Below are positions 39,037 through 48,444 of a stretch of DNA of 64,000 bases, in pieces. How positions within the stretch are numbered: position 1 is the first letter of the stretch; each line of letters starts with the position of its first letter. The DNA comes from a virus. The stretch is taken from positions 1-64,000 of the IMG/VR virus record IMGVR_UViG_3300034066_001346; one strand, given 5' to 3'. The notes under the pieces were generated by a model, which ran no database searches, was not told the DNA's origin, and worked only from the letters and a program-made list of their open reading frames with translations. A program made the position numbers and the translations under genes.

Positions 39037-41124
39037 TTACCTCCTCATCCCAATCATTACGTTTGCAATCTGTGAAACAATGATTACTGGGATAATGACT
39101 TCTTGGGCTTTTTCTCTCTGATCATCTGTCATGTCCATACCCAATTCAGAGAAATTGGATAGGAGTTCTGTAACATCCACTTCAAATACTGCTCCAAGTG
39201 GGTCTGCTAAGAATGCTTCTGTTTGCACTTCTGTTACTGCATCTGCTAATGTAAATGGCATTGGGGTTTCTCCTGCATCCCCTGCTCTTTCTGCGAACTC
39301 AACAAATGCTGATGCAAGTGCTGGGTTAGATTTCATCTGCTCAGCAATCTGTGCAACTTCTGATGCCTTGATACCAAGGTCCCCCGCAATTTCTGCTTTT
39401 GCTTCTTGGGTCAAAGAATTAAGGGTTTGGCTAACTGCTGCTATTTGCTCAGGTGAAAGTGTAACTAACTTGTTATCCTTGCTTGTAAGGTTAGCGATAA
39501 CTCCAGATAAATCTTCTGATGTTCCTGTACCCTTTTCAGGAATAAGTTCAGCCAACTCTTCATCTTCTATTTCAGGATTAGTTGTTGGTTCTGGTTCAGG
39601 AGTTGGTTCTTCTGTAGGTTCTGGAGTTGGTTCTTCAGTTGGATCTACGACTGGCTCATCTGTTGGTTCTGGATCTGGGGTAGGCTCATCAGTTGGCTCT
39701 GGCTTAGGGTCTTCTGTAGGCTCTTCTGTAGGCTCTGGAGATGGCTCTGTGGTAGGTTCTTCAGTAGGTTCTTCTGTTGGCTCAGTTGATGGTTCTGGAG
39801 AAGGCTCTGGGGTAGGCTCAACTGTAACCTCTGGTGTTGGTTCTGGCTGTGGCATGTTTGCAAGGGCAGTAGCAATGGCAGCATTAAGTTCTCTTTGTGC
39901 TTGCTCGTAGTAATATTCCCAAGCATCATTAATAGCATTATTTAAGTCAACGATTGATTGATTATATATTTCTATTCTGCTGTTCTTCAACTCTAAAGCA
40001 TCTTCTGTATCTGCAACGGCATCAAGATGTTCCTGTGTCTTAGTTTGCAAGATCTGATTCATTGATGATAGTATTGCATTCTCAGAGTTGTATACGCTTA
40101 GTTTGTCATTGTATACTGCTAACTTATTATTATAATTTGTTTGTGCAGTAGTCCTTGCTGCAAGTGATTCATCATATGCATTTAACTGTGATTGAGTTGG
40201 TCCTGGTCCAGAAGAGAATGTTCCAAGGTTACAACTAAAACCTACTCCCCATCCACCAGTATAGTCACAACCTGCTCCAGTCCAACCTCCAGGAATTGCC
40301 CATCCAAGATGGTAAGAGCCTGGGCCTCCTCCGTTATACCACCATATCTCTACATCTAAAGTCTTGTCTTCACTAACATCATACACTGGAGAGTAATCAC
40401 TCCAGGTAACACCCTGTTCCACCCAGTTATTGACAGCAAGTTGTCCATCAACATACATTCTAAACCCATCATCTGTGGATCCTGCAAAATATGTTTGTGT
40501 CCAGTGGTCTGGAACAGTAATTCTTCCAGTAAACTTAACTATAATGTTTTCATATCTACCACACACTGGAAGGCTCATTGAGTTTGAGTTCCAAGTGCCA
40601 GTACATATAACAGATCCAGGAACTGCCTGGTTTCCATTTCTTAATAGGTTATAAACCGTATAGGCAAGCCCTGATCCTCCAGCACTCTGAATATTTGATT
40701 GGGTGGTTTGAACATTTATGTTGGCTATGCTGAGAGCATCCTGTGCATCGTTTCTTTCTTCAAGGGCGTTGTCTTTATGTTCAAGGGCCAAGGCTACTGT
40801 GGCTGTCTGACCATCTAAATTTGATTGGGCAAGATTTATTTCTTCTAAGGCTACAGCCTCTGCTTCTACTGCATCATCATAGGAATCATTGGCATCGTCT
40901 CTAAGTTCTATCGCATTTTTGGCATAGGTAAACTTATTTTCTGCTATGTCTATAAGATCTATAAAGTCATCTTGGTAACCAAGGTCATCTACGCTATCGT
41001 TAAGTTTCTGTATTTCTTGGGCTGCAACAGTTAGAGGGTCATCGCCATTTGCGGGGGAAATAAAAAGCCAGCTGAATGCAAGAGAGATTGCAGCTGTTAT
41101 TCTAAATAATTTATCCTTTTTCAA
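39037..41124 (-). CDS. Surface protein with PA14 domain, coiled coils, Pro/Glu/Thr linker and C-terminal anchor
   Basis: Signal peptide; GSTDDGFRMYVDG and WWYNGGG (PA14); EPTPEP repeats. Confidence 0.8.
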   Translation of the reverse strand: MKKDKLFRITAAISLAFSWLFISPANGDDPLTVAAQEIQKLNDSVDDLGYQDDFIDLIDIAENKFTYAKNAIELRDDANDSYDDAVEAEAVALEEINLAQSNLDGQTATVALALEHKDNALEERNDAQDALSIANINVQTTQSNIQSAGGSGLAYTVYNLLRNGNQAVPGSVICTGTWNSNSMSLPVCGRYENIIVKFTGRITVPDHWTQTYFAGSTDDGFRMYVDGQLAVNNWVEQGVTWSDYSPVYDVSEDKTLDVEIWWYNGGGPGSYHLGWAIPGGWTGAGCDYTGGWGVGFSCNLGTFSSGPGPTQSQLNAYDESLAARTTAQTNYNNKLAVYNDKLSVYNSENAILSSMNQILQTKTQEHLDAVADTEDALELKNSRIEIYNQSIVDLNNAINDAWEYYYEQAQRELNAAIATALANMPQPEPTPEVTVEPTPEPSPEPSTEPTEEPTEEPTTEPSPEPTEEPTEDPKPEPTDEPTPDPEPTDEPVVDPTEEPTPEPTEEPTPEPEPTTNPEIEDEELAELIPEKGTGTSEDLSGVIANLTSKDNKLVTLSPEQIAAVSQTLNSLTQEAKAEIAGDLGIKASEVAQIAEQMKSNPALASAFVEFAERAGDAGETPMPFTLADAVTEVQTEAFLADPLGAVFEVDVTELLSNFSELGMDMTDDQREKAQEVIIPVIIVSQIANVMIGMRR

Positions 41125-41168
41125 TTATAACCCCTACATAACAAATTTTGTTATGTAGTAATTATACC

Positions 41169-41357
41169 CTATTTAGGATTATCAGTTTTATAAAATCCAG
41201 TACCTTTAAATTGTATACCGAATGGACTGAAATGTCTTACCATTTCCGATTCACACTCAATACATGTATATCCTGGATCACTATCAGTTATAGAGCGATT
41301 AACTGACATTATTGCATGTGCATCATCTTCTGTGCATTTGTATTCGTATACTGGCAT
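41169..41357 (-). CDS. FmdB-family Zn-ribbon protein
   Basis: MPVYEYKC..C..C..FKGTGFYKTD. Confidence 0.85.
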   Translation of the reverse strand: MPVYEYKCTEDDAHAIMSVNRSITDSDPGYTCIECESEMVRHFSPFGIQFKGTGFYKTDNPK

Positions 41358-41376
41358 TATTTATCCTTAATATTAA

Positions 41377-41404
41377 TGAGCATTTTAAAGACTTGCTCAG
41401 GTCT
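41377..41404 (-). ncRNA. H-type pseudoknot motif, copy 3
   Basis: AGAC-CTGAGCAA-GTCT-TTAAAA-TGCTCA on the minus strand. Confidence 0.6.
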
Positions 41405-41426
41405 GCCTTCGGTAGCGAATCGAAGA

Positions 41427-41846
41427 TTATTTAACCTTAATTGTTTTAGGCTTTTTTTCTTCTGGAACAATTCGATCTACGTTAATATGCAACATACCAT
41501 CTTCAATCTTTGCTCCAGTAACTTCCATATATTCGCCAAGTGCGAATGTTCTTGTAAACTTTCTAGACGCAATTCCCTTATGCAGGTACTCTCCGTCTGT
41601 TACTTCTTGAATCTCTCCAGTTACAATTAGTGCACCATTATTTACAGATACATTTATATCGTCTTTTGTAAATCCAGCCACTGCAATTGATACTTGAAAA
41701 GTATCTTCATCTAGCTTTAAAACATCATATGGAGGATAAGTTTGTCTAGCTGCTATTTGATGCACACTATTCATTCTTTCCAGATCACGATTAAAGCCTA
41801 TAAAAAATGGATCTCTAAAAAGATCCATAGCAAATTGTGTTACCAT
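41427..41846 (-). CDS. Small heat-shock protein (Hsp20/IbpA-like)
   Basis: YPPYDV, AVAGF, YLHKGIASRKFTRTF and DGML motifs. Confidence 0.92.
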   Translation of the reverse strand: MVTQFAMDLFRDPFFIGFNRDLERMNSVHQIAARQTYPPYDVLKLDEDTFQVSIAVAGFTKDDINVSVNNGALIVTGEIQEVTDGEYLHKGIASRKFTRTFALGEYMEVTGAKIEDGMLHINVDRIVPEEKKPKTIKVK

Positions 41847-41934
41847 TTTATTTCTCCTTTTAAGCAAGTAATATGGCCACCCCCTTTTGGCAGGTGACCA
41901 TATTATTATACCATTTAAGCAACTAGAAATGCAA

Positions 41935-42342
41935 CTACTTTTTTGATTTTGCTCTTGCCTTTGCTAAAGCATCAAAATCTTTAATCTTGGTATCTCCCAT
42001 GTATCCCCAAGCATGTCCGTCTATAATCATTTGCTCATTAATAGACTTTTCTGATCCATCAAGAAACACCCAACCTAAAATTCTTCCATATTTTTCTGAA
42101 GAATCCATCTTTTCTGTTTTAATAACTACAGTCTTTGCTGAATCAATTGCATTTTTTAAATAGGACTTTGCTTCTAAGCCAAGCGCTTTCTCCATTTTAT
42201 CTACAGTTCTGCTTTCTGGAGTATCAATTCCAGCTAACCTAACTCTTGAGCTAAATGAGATATCAAAACCCAAATCTATATCTACATCAATTGTATCTCC
42301 GTCTACAACCTTAGTAACTTTTTTTACATAGTATTCAAACAT
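41935..42342 (-). CDS. Thermonuclease (SNase-like)
   Basis: VVDGDTI, RLAGIDTPE and KYGRILG motifs. Confidence 0.9.
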   Translation of the reverse strand: MFEYYVKKVTKVVDGDTIDVDIDLGFDISFSSRVRLAGIDTPESRTVDKMEKALGLEAKSYLKNAIDSAKTVVIKTEKMDSSEKYGRILGWVFLDGSEKSINEQMIIDGHAWGYMGDTKIKDFDALAKARAKSKK

Positions 42343-42956
42343 TACTTTGTTGCTGCTGGCTTTCCGCCGCCACCCTTTGCTGGCTTTGCTGGTGCTGCCT
42401 TTTTAGAAACTGGCTTATCCGTCTTTGGCTTAACTGCTTGACCAAATGTTGGGCGTCCAAATCCTACAATAAATACTGGTTGGCTCTTGCGAAGCTTTGA
42501 CCCATTCTTCTTCTTATATGCACGATTCTTAAGGCATGCTTGTCCGCCATTTCTCTGATCTCCCTTTTTATCTGGACTAGTATTTCCTTCTGCAACATCA
42601 ACTGTTCCATCTGCATTAACTGCAGTAACAATTCCTACATGAGAAATTCTATCGACACCATCGTTTGGAAAATCAAAATACGCTATATCTCCAACTGCTG
42701 GTGTTGCTGTATCTACTGGCTGCCAGGTGCCTGCTTTAATAAATGCTTGTGCACCTGCTGGAGTGTAGACTGTATTAGGCATCTTTACCCCAGCCTCATT
42801 TGCACACCACATTATATAACTTCCGCACCATGGTTGGAAGTTGGACTTTGTAAACTTACCATACTTTGTCTCGTTATCTTTTGGACCTTCAATGTATCCA
42901 ATTTCTGCCAACGCTACTTCTACTAATCTTGCTGCTGATCCTTGTACTGCTGCCAT
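42342..42956 (-). CDS. CHAP-domain endolysin
   Basis: PWCGS, SHVGIV and EGNT motifs. Confidence 0.85.
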   Translation of the reverse strand: MAAVQGSAARLVEVALAEIGYIEGPKDNETKYGKFTKSNFQPWCGSYIMWCANEAGVKMPNTVYTPAGAQAFIKAGTWQPVDTATPAVGDIAYFDFPNDGVDRISHVGIVTAVNADGTVDVAEGNTSPDKKGDQRNGGQACLKNRAYKKKNGSKLRKSQPVFIVGFGRPTFGQAVKPKTDKPVSKKAAPAKPAKGGGGKPAATK

Positions 42957-43038
42957 TTCAATTCTCCCTAATTTTCTTTATTTCAGTATTTAAACAATAC
43001 ATCATTTATATTCTTATTATACCATTTCTATATTTAGA

Positions 43039-43716
43039 CTATCTAATTGAGTTATTTATGTGAAGAAGCTTAATTGACTCTACGTTTACATGCTTTGGCA
43101 TAGAAACAGACCACCTAACTGCCTCAGCAACATCCTCTGGAGTCAGCCTATTTTCAGCGTCACCCTGATTTCTGCTATTAACATTACCAGGTGCGATCTC
43201 GGTAACCCTGACATTTTGGTATAGCATTTCCATTCTTAGCAGTTCAGATAGCGCAACCTCTGCATGCTTTGCTACTGTGTATCCAGAACCTCCACGATAT
43301 ACATAATGACCGCATGTCGAAGTTATAAAAATAACATGCCCATCTTCATTCTTGATCATATTTGGGACCAGGAGTCTAGTAAGATTTACTGGTGCTAGAA
43401 CATTTAGATTATAAGCGTATCTCCATCTATCCAATGAGTCATTTATTATTGGAAGGTTAGTTGCTCCCCCGCCTGCATTATTTACTAAAACAGATACATC
43501 TTTATCACCTAAATATGAAACAAACTGGTTTACTGCGTCCTCATCAGTAATGTCTAGAGTGTAAGACTCAATGTTTGGGTCACCTGACGCTAAATCTTCA
43601 ATTTCATCTGTGCTTCTAGCAACAGCAATAACATGAAAGCCGTCAGAGGAAAGAGCCTTGCAGGTGGCCTTTCCAATACCAAAACTTGCTCCAGTTACAA
43701 TTGCAATCTTTTTCAT
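43039..43716 (-). CDS. Short-chain dehydrogenase/reductase
   Basis: TGASFGIG, NNAG and YTVAK motifs. Confidence 0.92.
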   Translation of the reverse strand: MKKIAIVTGASFGIGKATCKALSSDGFHVIAVARSTDEIEDLASGDPNIESYTLDITDEDAVNQFVSYLGDKDVSVLVNNAGGGATNLPIINDSLDRWRYAYNLNVLAPVNLTRLLVPNMIKNEDGHVIFITSTCGHYVYRGGSGYTVAKHAEVALSELLRMEMLYQNVRVTEIAPGNVNSRNQGDAENRLTPEDVAEAVRWSVSMPKHVNVESIKLLHINNSIR

Positions 43717-43717
43717 A

Positions 43718-44488
43718 TTAACATTCCTTTATCTTGTTGTTTGTAAAAATTTCATCTAAAAATGGTTTATATAGATGAGGCTTTAAATGATCATTCATAA
43801 TGATTGGCATTTTTTTAGGCTGCATATGAGGCTCAATCATGTCTGTCTTCATTATATCTATGCTGCTTATTGGATCTTCAAGTCCGTATTGTCTTGAATA
43901 TTTTTTCAATGAGTCAATAAATTCATAATGGTATTCGTATCTTGTTTCAAAATCTATGTCTGGGTCGGCAGAATTTAAAACCCATCCATTTATAATGTAC
44001 GTTATAAACTGAGGAAGGGGCTCCATAAATACGATGTTTGCCTTATCAAACTTCTTTATTGTTTTTTCAACATACATTTTAGCTACATCGTCAGTATTTT
44101 TATATCTTGGAAGGTAATTTCGTATATCAACATATCCTAAAAATGGTACGATATTGCTAGACTTATTATTCCATTCATTCATATACTCATAATCTTCATA
44201 GTTAAACCTATAGGCTGATGCTCCAGGATGATATGAAAATGATAAATTATGCTGACTATCAGAATAAGAGTATACGCCTTCTTTGTATCTTATAAAGATC
44301 TTAACTTCCTCTTCTATGACCTTTCCGTTGTCCATCCAGCTTTCTTGATTAAATCTATAATAGTTATTTGTCATTTTATTATCTGAATCACGAAAAACAT
44401 GCTCATCATTTTGCGATCTAAAATAATCTGGCATTAGGTATGAAATCTTGGCTGTCTGTGAGTCTCCAATTATGTGTATATTTTTCAT
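43718..44488 (-). CDS. SGNH/GDSL-like protein
   Basis: IIGDSQ; paralogue of 11242-11916. Confidence 0.55.
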   Translation of the reverse strand: MKNIHIIGDSQTAKISYLMPDYFRSQNDEHVFRDSDNKMTNNYYRFNQESWMDNGKVIEEEVKIFIRYKEGVYSYSDSQHNLSFSYHPGASAYRFNYEDYEYMNEWNNKSSNIVPFLGYVDIRNYLPRYKNTDDVAKMYVEKTIKKFDKANIVFMEPLPQFITYIINGWVLNSADPDIDFETRYEYHYEFIDSLKKYSRQYGLEDPISSIDIMKTDMIEPHMQPKKMPIIMNDHLKPHLYKPFLDEIFTNNKIKEC

Positions 44489-44507
44489 AGCCCCCTCATT
44501 TATTAAG

Positions 44508-44580
44508 TGCCCTTGGCAGGAGTCGAACCTGCGGCCAGTCGGGTAGAAACCGAATGCTCTGTCCTCTGAGCTACAAAGGC
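44508..44580 (-). tRNA. tRNA-Arg(UCU)
   Basis: Cloverleaf; anticodon loop TT-TCT-AC. Confidence 0.88.
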
Positions 44581-44594
44581 ATTTAAGAAGTATA

Positions 44595-45560
44595 TCAAAT
44601 TAAAAACCTTTTGGCTATAGCATCAGTAAAAATATCCGCCACATGTTGGTGTCTGTGAGAGCCCCAGTGTGCTTCACCTAATCCGCTTTCTGCATCAAAC
44701 CCTATATCGAATCTAGTTGGATCTTCATTTTTTAGATCTCTGTGGCACTCTTTATCTAAAGAATAAGTACATTTCATGTCCTCTAAATTTAAATCCCATT
44801 CCCAGTTATAATTTTCTATATCTATAAATCCTGAAAGCCCATAACTATTCCTATCTTGAATTTTTTGAATAGATCTTGAATGACCTTCTTGCCATGTTGT
44901 CCATAATAAATTTATGCCAGAGGACTTACAATATTGCTCTAAAAGGTTTATCATTGTCATTGATAAAAAATAAGCATTATCTGGTGCAAGTATGTTTTCT
45001 ATCTCGGTTGGAAGCTTTACAACCTTTGGCCCCATTCCTTCTGGGCGCACATGCTGAATATTATCCCAGTAATTAGTGTCAGTTAGTTGATCTTTCTTAA
45101 ATCTATTATTGTCATACTTATTGTATCCATAATTATAATTTTTTGTTCTAGTAAATCTATAAAAATCTGGGAAAATGCATAACAATGTCTTTGGATTGCC
45201 ATACATTCTACAGTATTCAAAAATGTTTGAAACTATAATAAATACTGATCCTCCTGGTGATCCCAAATTTTGATGGGACACCCCTTTTTCTTTTGCAATT
45301 AAATTGCTCCACAAATATTTAAGAGGTATACCAGTACCAAAAACAAAAGAATCTCCAGCAAAAAGTATATCTGGGTTATCAATAAATTCATCAGACCTAA
45401 ATCCAAAGGAGTTTCTCTCATAGTATTCGTTCCTGAACATTAAGTCTGTTGGTCTCTTGAGCTTGTTTAAAAATATTGAATCCACAGCAGATGAATCAAA
45501 TCTATAGTTGCTAGATTGAATTTCATGATATACACAGTTATCAAAATCTAGATCTTTCAA
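44595..45560 (-). CDS. SGNH-like protein
   Basis: NSFGFRS, GDSFVFG, NLG and HWG..H motifs; paralogue of 47085-48218. Confidence 0.65.
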   Translation of the reverse strand: MKDLDFDNCVYHEIQSSNYRFDSSAVDSIFLNKLKRPTDLMFRNEYYERNSFGFRSDEFIDNPDILFAGDSFVFGTGIPLKYLWSNLIAKEKGVSHQNLGSPGGSVFIIVSNIFEYCRMYGNPKTLLCIFPDFYRFTRTKNYNYGYNKYDNNRFKKDQLTDTNYWDNIQHVRPEGMGPKVVKLPTEIENILAPDNAYFLSMTMINLLEQYCKSSGINLLWTTWQEGHSRSIQKIQDRNSYGLSGFIDIENYNWEWDLNLEDMKCTYSLDKECHRDLKNEDPTRFDIGFDAESGLGEAHWGSHRHQHVADIFTDAIAKRFLI

Positions 45561-45666
45561 TATATATACCTGCCCCTGCTATTCTTTTTTTTAAATTTAG
45601 ATTTAATCTTAAAATAAAAACTATATAAATAATACTTTATTAACACTAATCTGCCCTCAACATTCT

Positions 45667-47088
45667 TTAAGAAATTATTTCTTTATCGTAAGCTTTATTC
45701 CATAAAATAATATCATCACTATCATTTAAAAGCGGCTGTCCTTTTATATTTAAGCTGGTGTTTAGTAATACTGGAACTCCAGTATGCCAGTACCATTGTC
45801 TTAATAAAAAATGAAGCTGTGGATGATCATATTCGTTTACTGTTTGAACCCTAGATGTTCCATCTACATGAACTACAGATGGAATTTTATCAGGCTGCTT
45901 GCATTTAACTGAATACTGCATGTATGGAGTTGATTTTGTTGGCATATCAAACCACTCATCTGCAAAATGCTCAAGAACAACTGGAGCGAAGGGCCTGAAT
46001 AGCTCTCTCTGCTTAATTTGATTTACCTTATCCTTTATATCTGGATCTCTTGGGTCTGCCAATATGCTTCTATTCCCAAATGCTCTCGGCCCATACTCAG
46101 CTCTACCTGATGCTACTGCAGCAATTTTATTTTCTTTTAGTTCTGCAAGCACTCTGTCTACTGGCCACCTTTCACCAATATTAGTTCCTAGATACGGACC
46201 CTTCCAATTCAAATGCTTACCGTATAGTGCTGCTGCTGCACCAAGGGAGCTTCCTGCGTCACCAGGATTTGGCATAATCCATATGTTATTAAATATTTTC
46301 CATAGAGCAGTATTTGCAGAACAATTTAAAGCGCAACCACCCATAAATACTAAATTGTTTTTACCAGTTATTTGCTTTGCCATGCTCATAAATTCCATGA
46401 GTCTACTCTGATAAACAGCTTGAACGGCAGCGGCAATATCAAATTTATCTTGATCGCTGATTACTTCATTCCAATCATATATACCTTTATGAAAGTTATA
46501 TTTTTGCTTATGATATGAAGGGAAATATTCACCAACCTTTTTCAAGTATTTATTTGAATCTCCGTACCCAGCCATGCCCATCATTATGTACTCTTCTTGA
46601 TTTGGCATTAGACCAATTAGCTCTGTAAATGCAGAATAAAATAATCCAAAGCTGACTGGGTAGTTTTGCTTGTATTTTAATTTGATTTTTTCATTTTCAC
46701 CAGACCAAACCGTGGAGGTGTTGTACTCTCCTATAGCATCTAATACGACTACAACTGCATCCTTAAATGAGCTTGTATAGTATCCAGCTGCGGCATGTGA
46801 GTAATGATGTTTAAAATAATGAACTGGTACGTCGAGTGGTATATTTGGCTTCCAGTCTCCAGCTCCGCCCCTTAAAAATATTCTAGACCTTTTTAGCCAA
46901 GGCTTCTCGTAATAAGCAATTGCATCTGGAGTTCCATATTCTAAAGCATTCTGAATAATTTCTTCATTATTATACCAATCATTTTTTTTCTTGCTATATC
47001 TTTCTGCATGAGCAGCAAAAAGTATATCGCCATCTTTTATTAAAGACACCGATGCGTCATGTGAAGTTTCATTTATACCTAATATTAT
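45667..47088 (-). CDS. Carbamoyltransferase (NodU/CmcH family)
   Basis: ILGINETSHDASV, HHYSHAA, GGCALN, EYGPRAFGNRS, RPFAP and NTSLN motifs; start extended to ATA at 47088. Confidence 0.9.
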   Translation of the reverse strand: MILGINETSHDASVSLIKDGDILFAAHAERYSKKKNDWYNNEEIIQNALEYGTPDAIAYYEKPWLKRSRIFLRGGAGDWKPNIPLDVPVHYFKHHYSHAAAGYYTSSFKDAVVVVLDAIGEYNTSTVWSGENEKIKLKYKQNYPVSFGLFYSAFTELIGLMPNQEEYIMMGMAGYGDSNKYLKKVGEYFPSYHKQKYNFHKGIYDWNEVISDQDKFDIAAAVQAVYQSRLMEFMSMAKQITGKNNLVFMGGCALNCSANTALWKIFNNIWIMPNPGDAGSSLGAAAALYGKHLNWKGPYLGTNIGERWPVDRVLAELKENKIAAVASGRAEYGPRAFGNRSILADPRDPDIKDKVNQIKQRELFRPFAPVVLEHFADEWFDMPTKSTPYMQYSVKCKQPDKIPSVVHVDGTSRVQTVNEYDHPQLHFLLRQWYWHTGVPVLLNTSLNIKGQPLLNDSDDIILWNKAYDKEIIS

Positions 47089-48218
47089 AATTTTTTTGAC
47101 CTTTCAATAAAAGATTCGGCTATGTGTCTATGCTTGTGCACACCCCAGTGTCCTTCCCATTCAGATATTTCTACATCTTTTCCCCAATAAAAATACTCAG
47201 GGTATTTTTCTTTTAAATCTAGGTGGCAGATGTCTTCTGAATCAGAAAAAACTTTTGAGTGATTGTAGCTATCATTTGAATCTGAAAAAACATTATACGG
47301 AACATATCTTTCGGAAACCCTAGATCCACCAGGATTCTCAACAGTTTGGGTATCAGCTTCAAATATTTTTGCTGCCCAGCTTTCAACATCTAGCTCAACA
47401 AAAGAGTCGTACTTTAAAAAATCTTTTTGTATTTTTAAAATAGTTTTGTATACTTTTGGTTCCCATACTGACCATAAAAATTTTATACCTAAGTCTTTGC
47501 AGTACTGCTCTAGTATTAATATTTTTTTTATAGAATTAAATATAGAAAGCTCTATTCCTAAAACATCATTAATTTGGTAAGGCTTTCTAGAGTATGATGG
47601 CTTTAAATCAATATCCTGATTCTTAGAAAAATGTGCATCAACAATAAATATCTGTCCATCAGTAGGCATTCCAAAGTAACTGAACTCGCTAACATTTATA
47701 TTTGGATTAATTGGGAATCGCATTCTTGTAAAATCGGGGAATAGGCAAAATATAAACTTTGGCTTCTTATACAATTTTAGATAAGAAAAAACAGAATCTA
47801 CAATCCAGTCTGAGCTTACGCCTGGCTTTCCTAAATTAGCATATGAGAGACCTAACTCATTTGCCAAAGATACGCCCCATATACATTCTTCTGGTACGCC
47901 TAAGCCAAATGTGTAGGAGCACCCAGCTAATAATAAATCTGCATCATTAAATTCTGGAGAACGAAAATCTAAAGAATTATAAGAGTACTCTGTAAACCTA
48001 TCCATGACTAATTCTTTTCCTTTATAAGGCCTTGTAAAACCCTGCTTCTTTAAATTAGATCTTTTTTCAATAGACATTCCAGTTTTATTTAAATCCTCAA
48101 TATTGTTATAAAAAATATCACGGATTGTTTCTTCAGATATTTTATAGTTTTTATTTTTCTTTTCTGGATAAAGAATAGCGTCATAAAAGTCATTACCGCC
48201 ACTGCTTTTATTAAGCAT
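47085..48218 (-). CDS. SGNH-like protein
   Basis: NSLDFRS, GCSYTFG, NLG and HWG..H motifs. Confidence 0.65.
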   Translation of the reverse strand: MLNKSSGGNDFYDAILYPEKKNKNYKISEETIRDIFYNNIEDLNKTGMSIEKRSNLKKQGFTRPYKGKELVMDRFTEYSYNSLDFRSPEFNDADLLLAGCSYTFGLGVPEECIWGVSLANELGLSYANLGKPGVSSDWIVDSVFSYLKLYKKPKFIFCLFPDFTRMRFPINPNINVSEFSYFGMPTDGQIFIVDAHFSKNQDIDLKPSYSRKPYQINDVLGIELSIFNSIKKILILEQYCKDLGIKFLWSVWEPKVYKTILKIQKDFLKYDSFVELDVESWAAKIFEADTQTVENPGGSRVSERYVPYNVFSDSNDSYNHSKVFSDSEDICHLDLKEKYPEYFYWGKDVEISEWEGHWGVHKHRHIAESFIERSKKL

Positions 48219-48444
48219 TACTTATTGTTCTTTCTACAATTTGCTGAACATATTCTGAAAAATGCTTTCTTATGTTACCAGAAGGTCTACTTCCTAAAGA
48301 AATCCATATTCTTTTATACTCCATTATATTTGCAAACGTGGTGGGACAAACCACAATATCGTGGTACTCTTTAAGCACAGTTGGCAGAGGCACGTGCTTG
48401 CCGCAACACTTGCATTCTTTAGCTTTTTCTTGGTACGTACTCAT
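48211..48444 (-). CDS. Small Zn-binding hypothetical protein
   Basis: CKCCG..CPT. Confidence 0.55.
   Translation of the reverse strand: MSTYQEKAKECKCCGKHVPLPTVLKEYHDIVVCPTTFANIMEYKRIWISLGSRPSGNIRKHFSEYVQQIVERTISNA

Noticed and set aside
39580-39850. EPTPEP-encoding repeats as a DNA repeat element
   Set aside because: Ordinary low-complexity protein linker
32802-39910. Long plus-strand ORFs (32802-33167, 33198-33476, 33576-33908, 39131-39910 and similar)
   Set aside because: They are antisense shadows of low-complexity minus-strand genes and lack RBS
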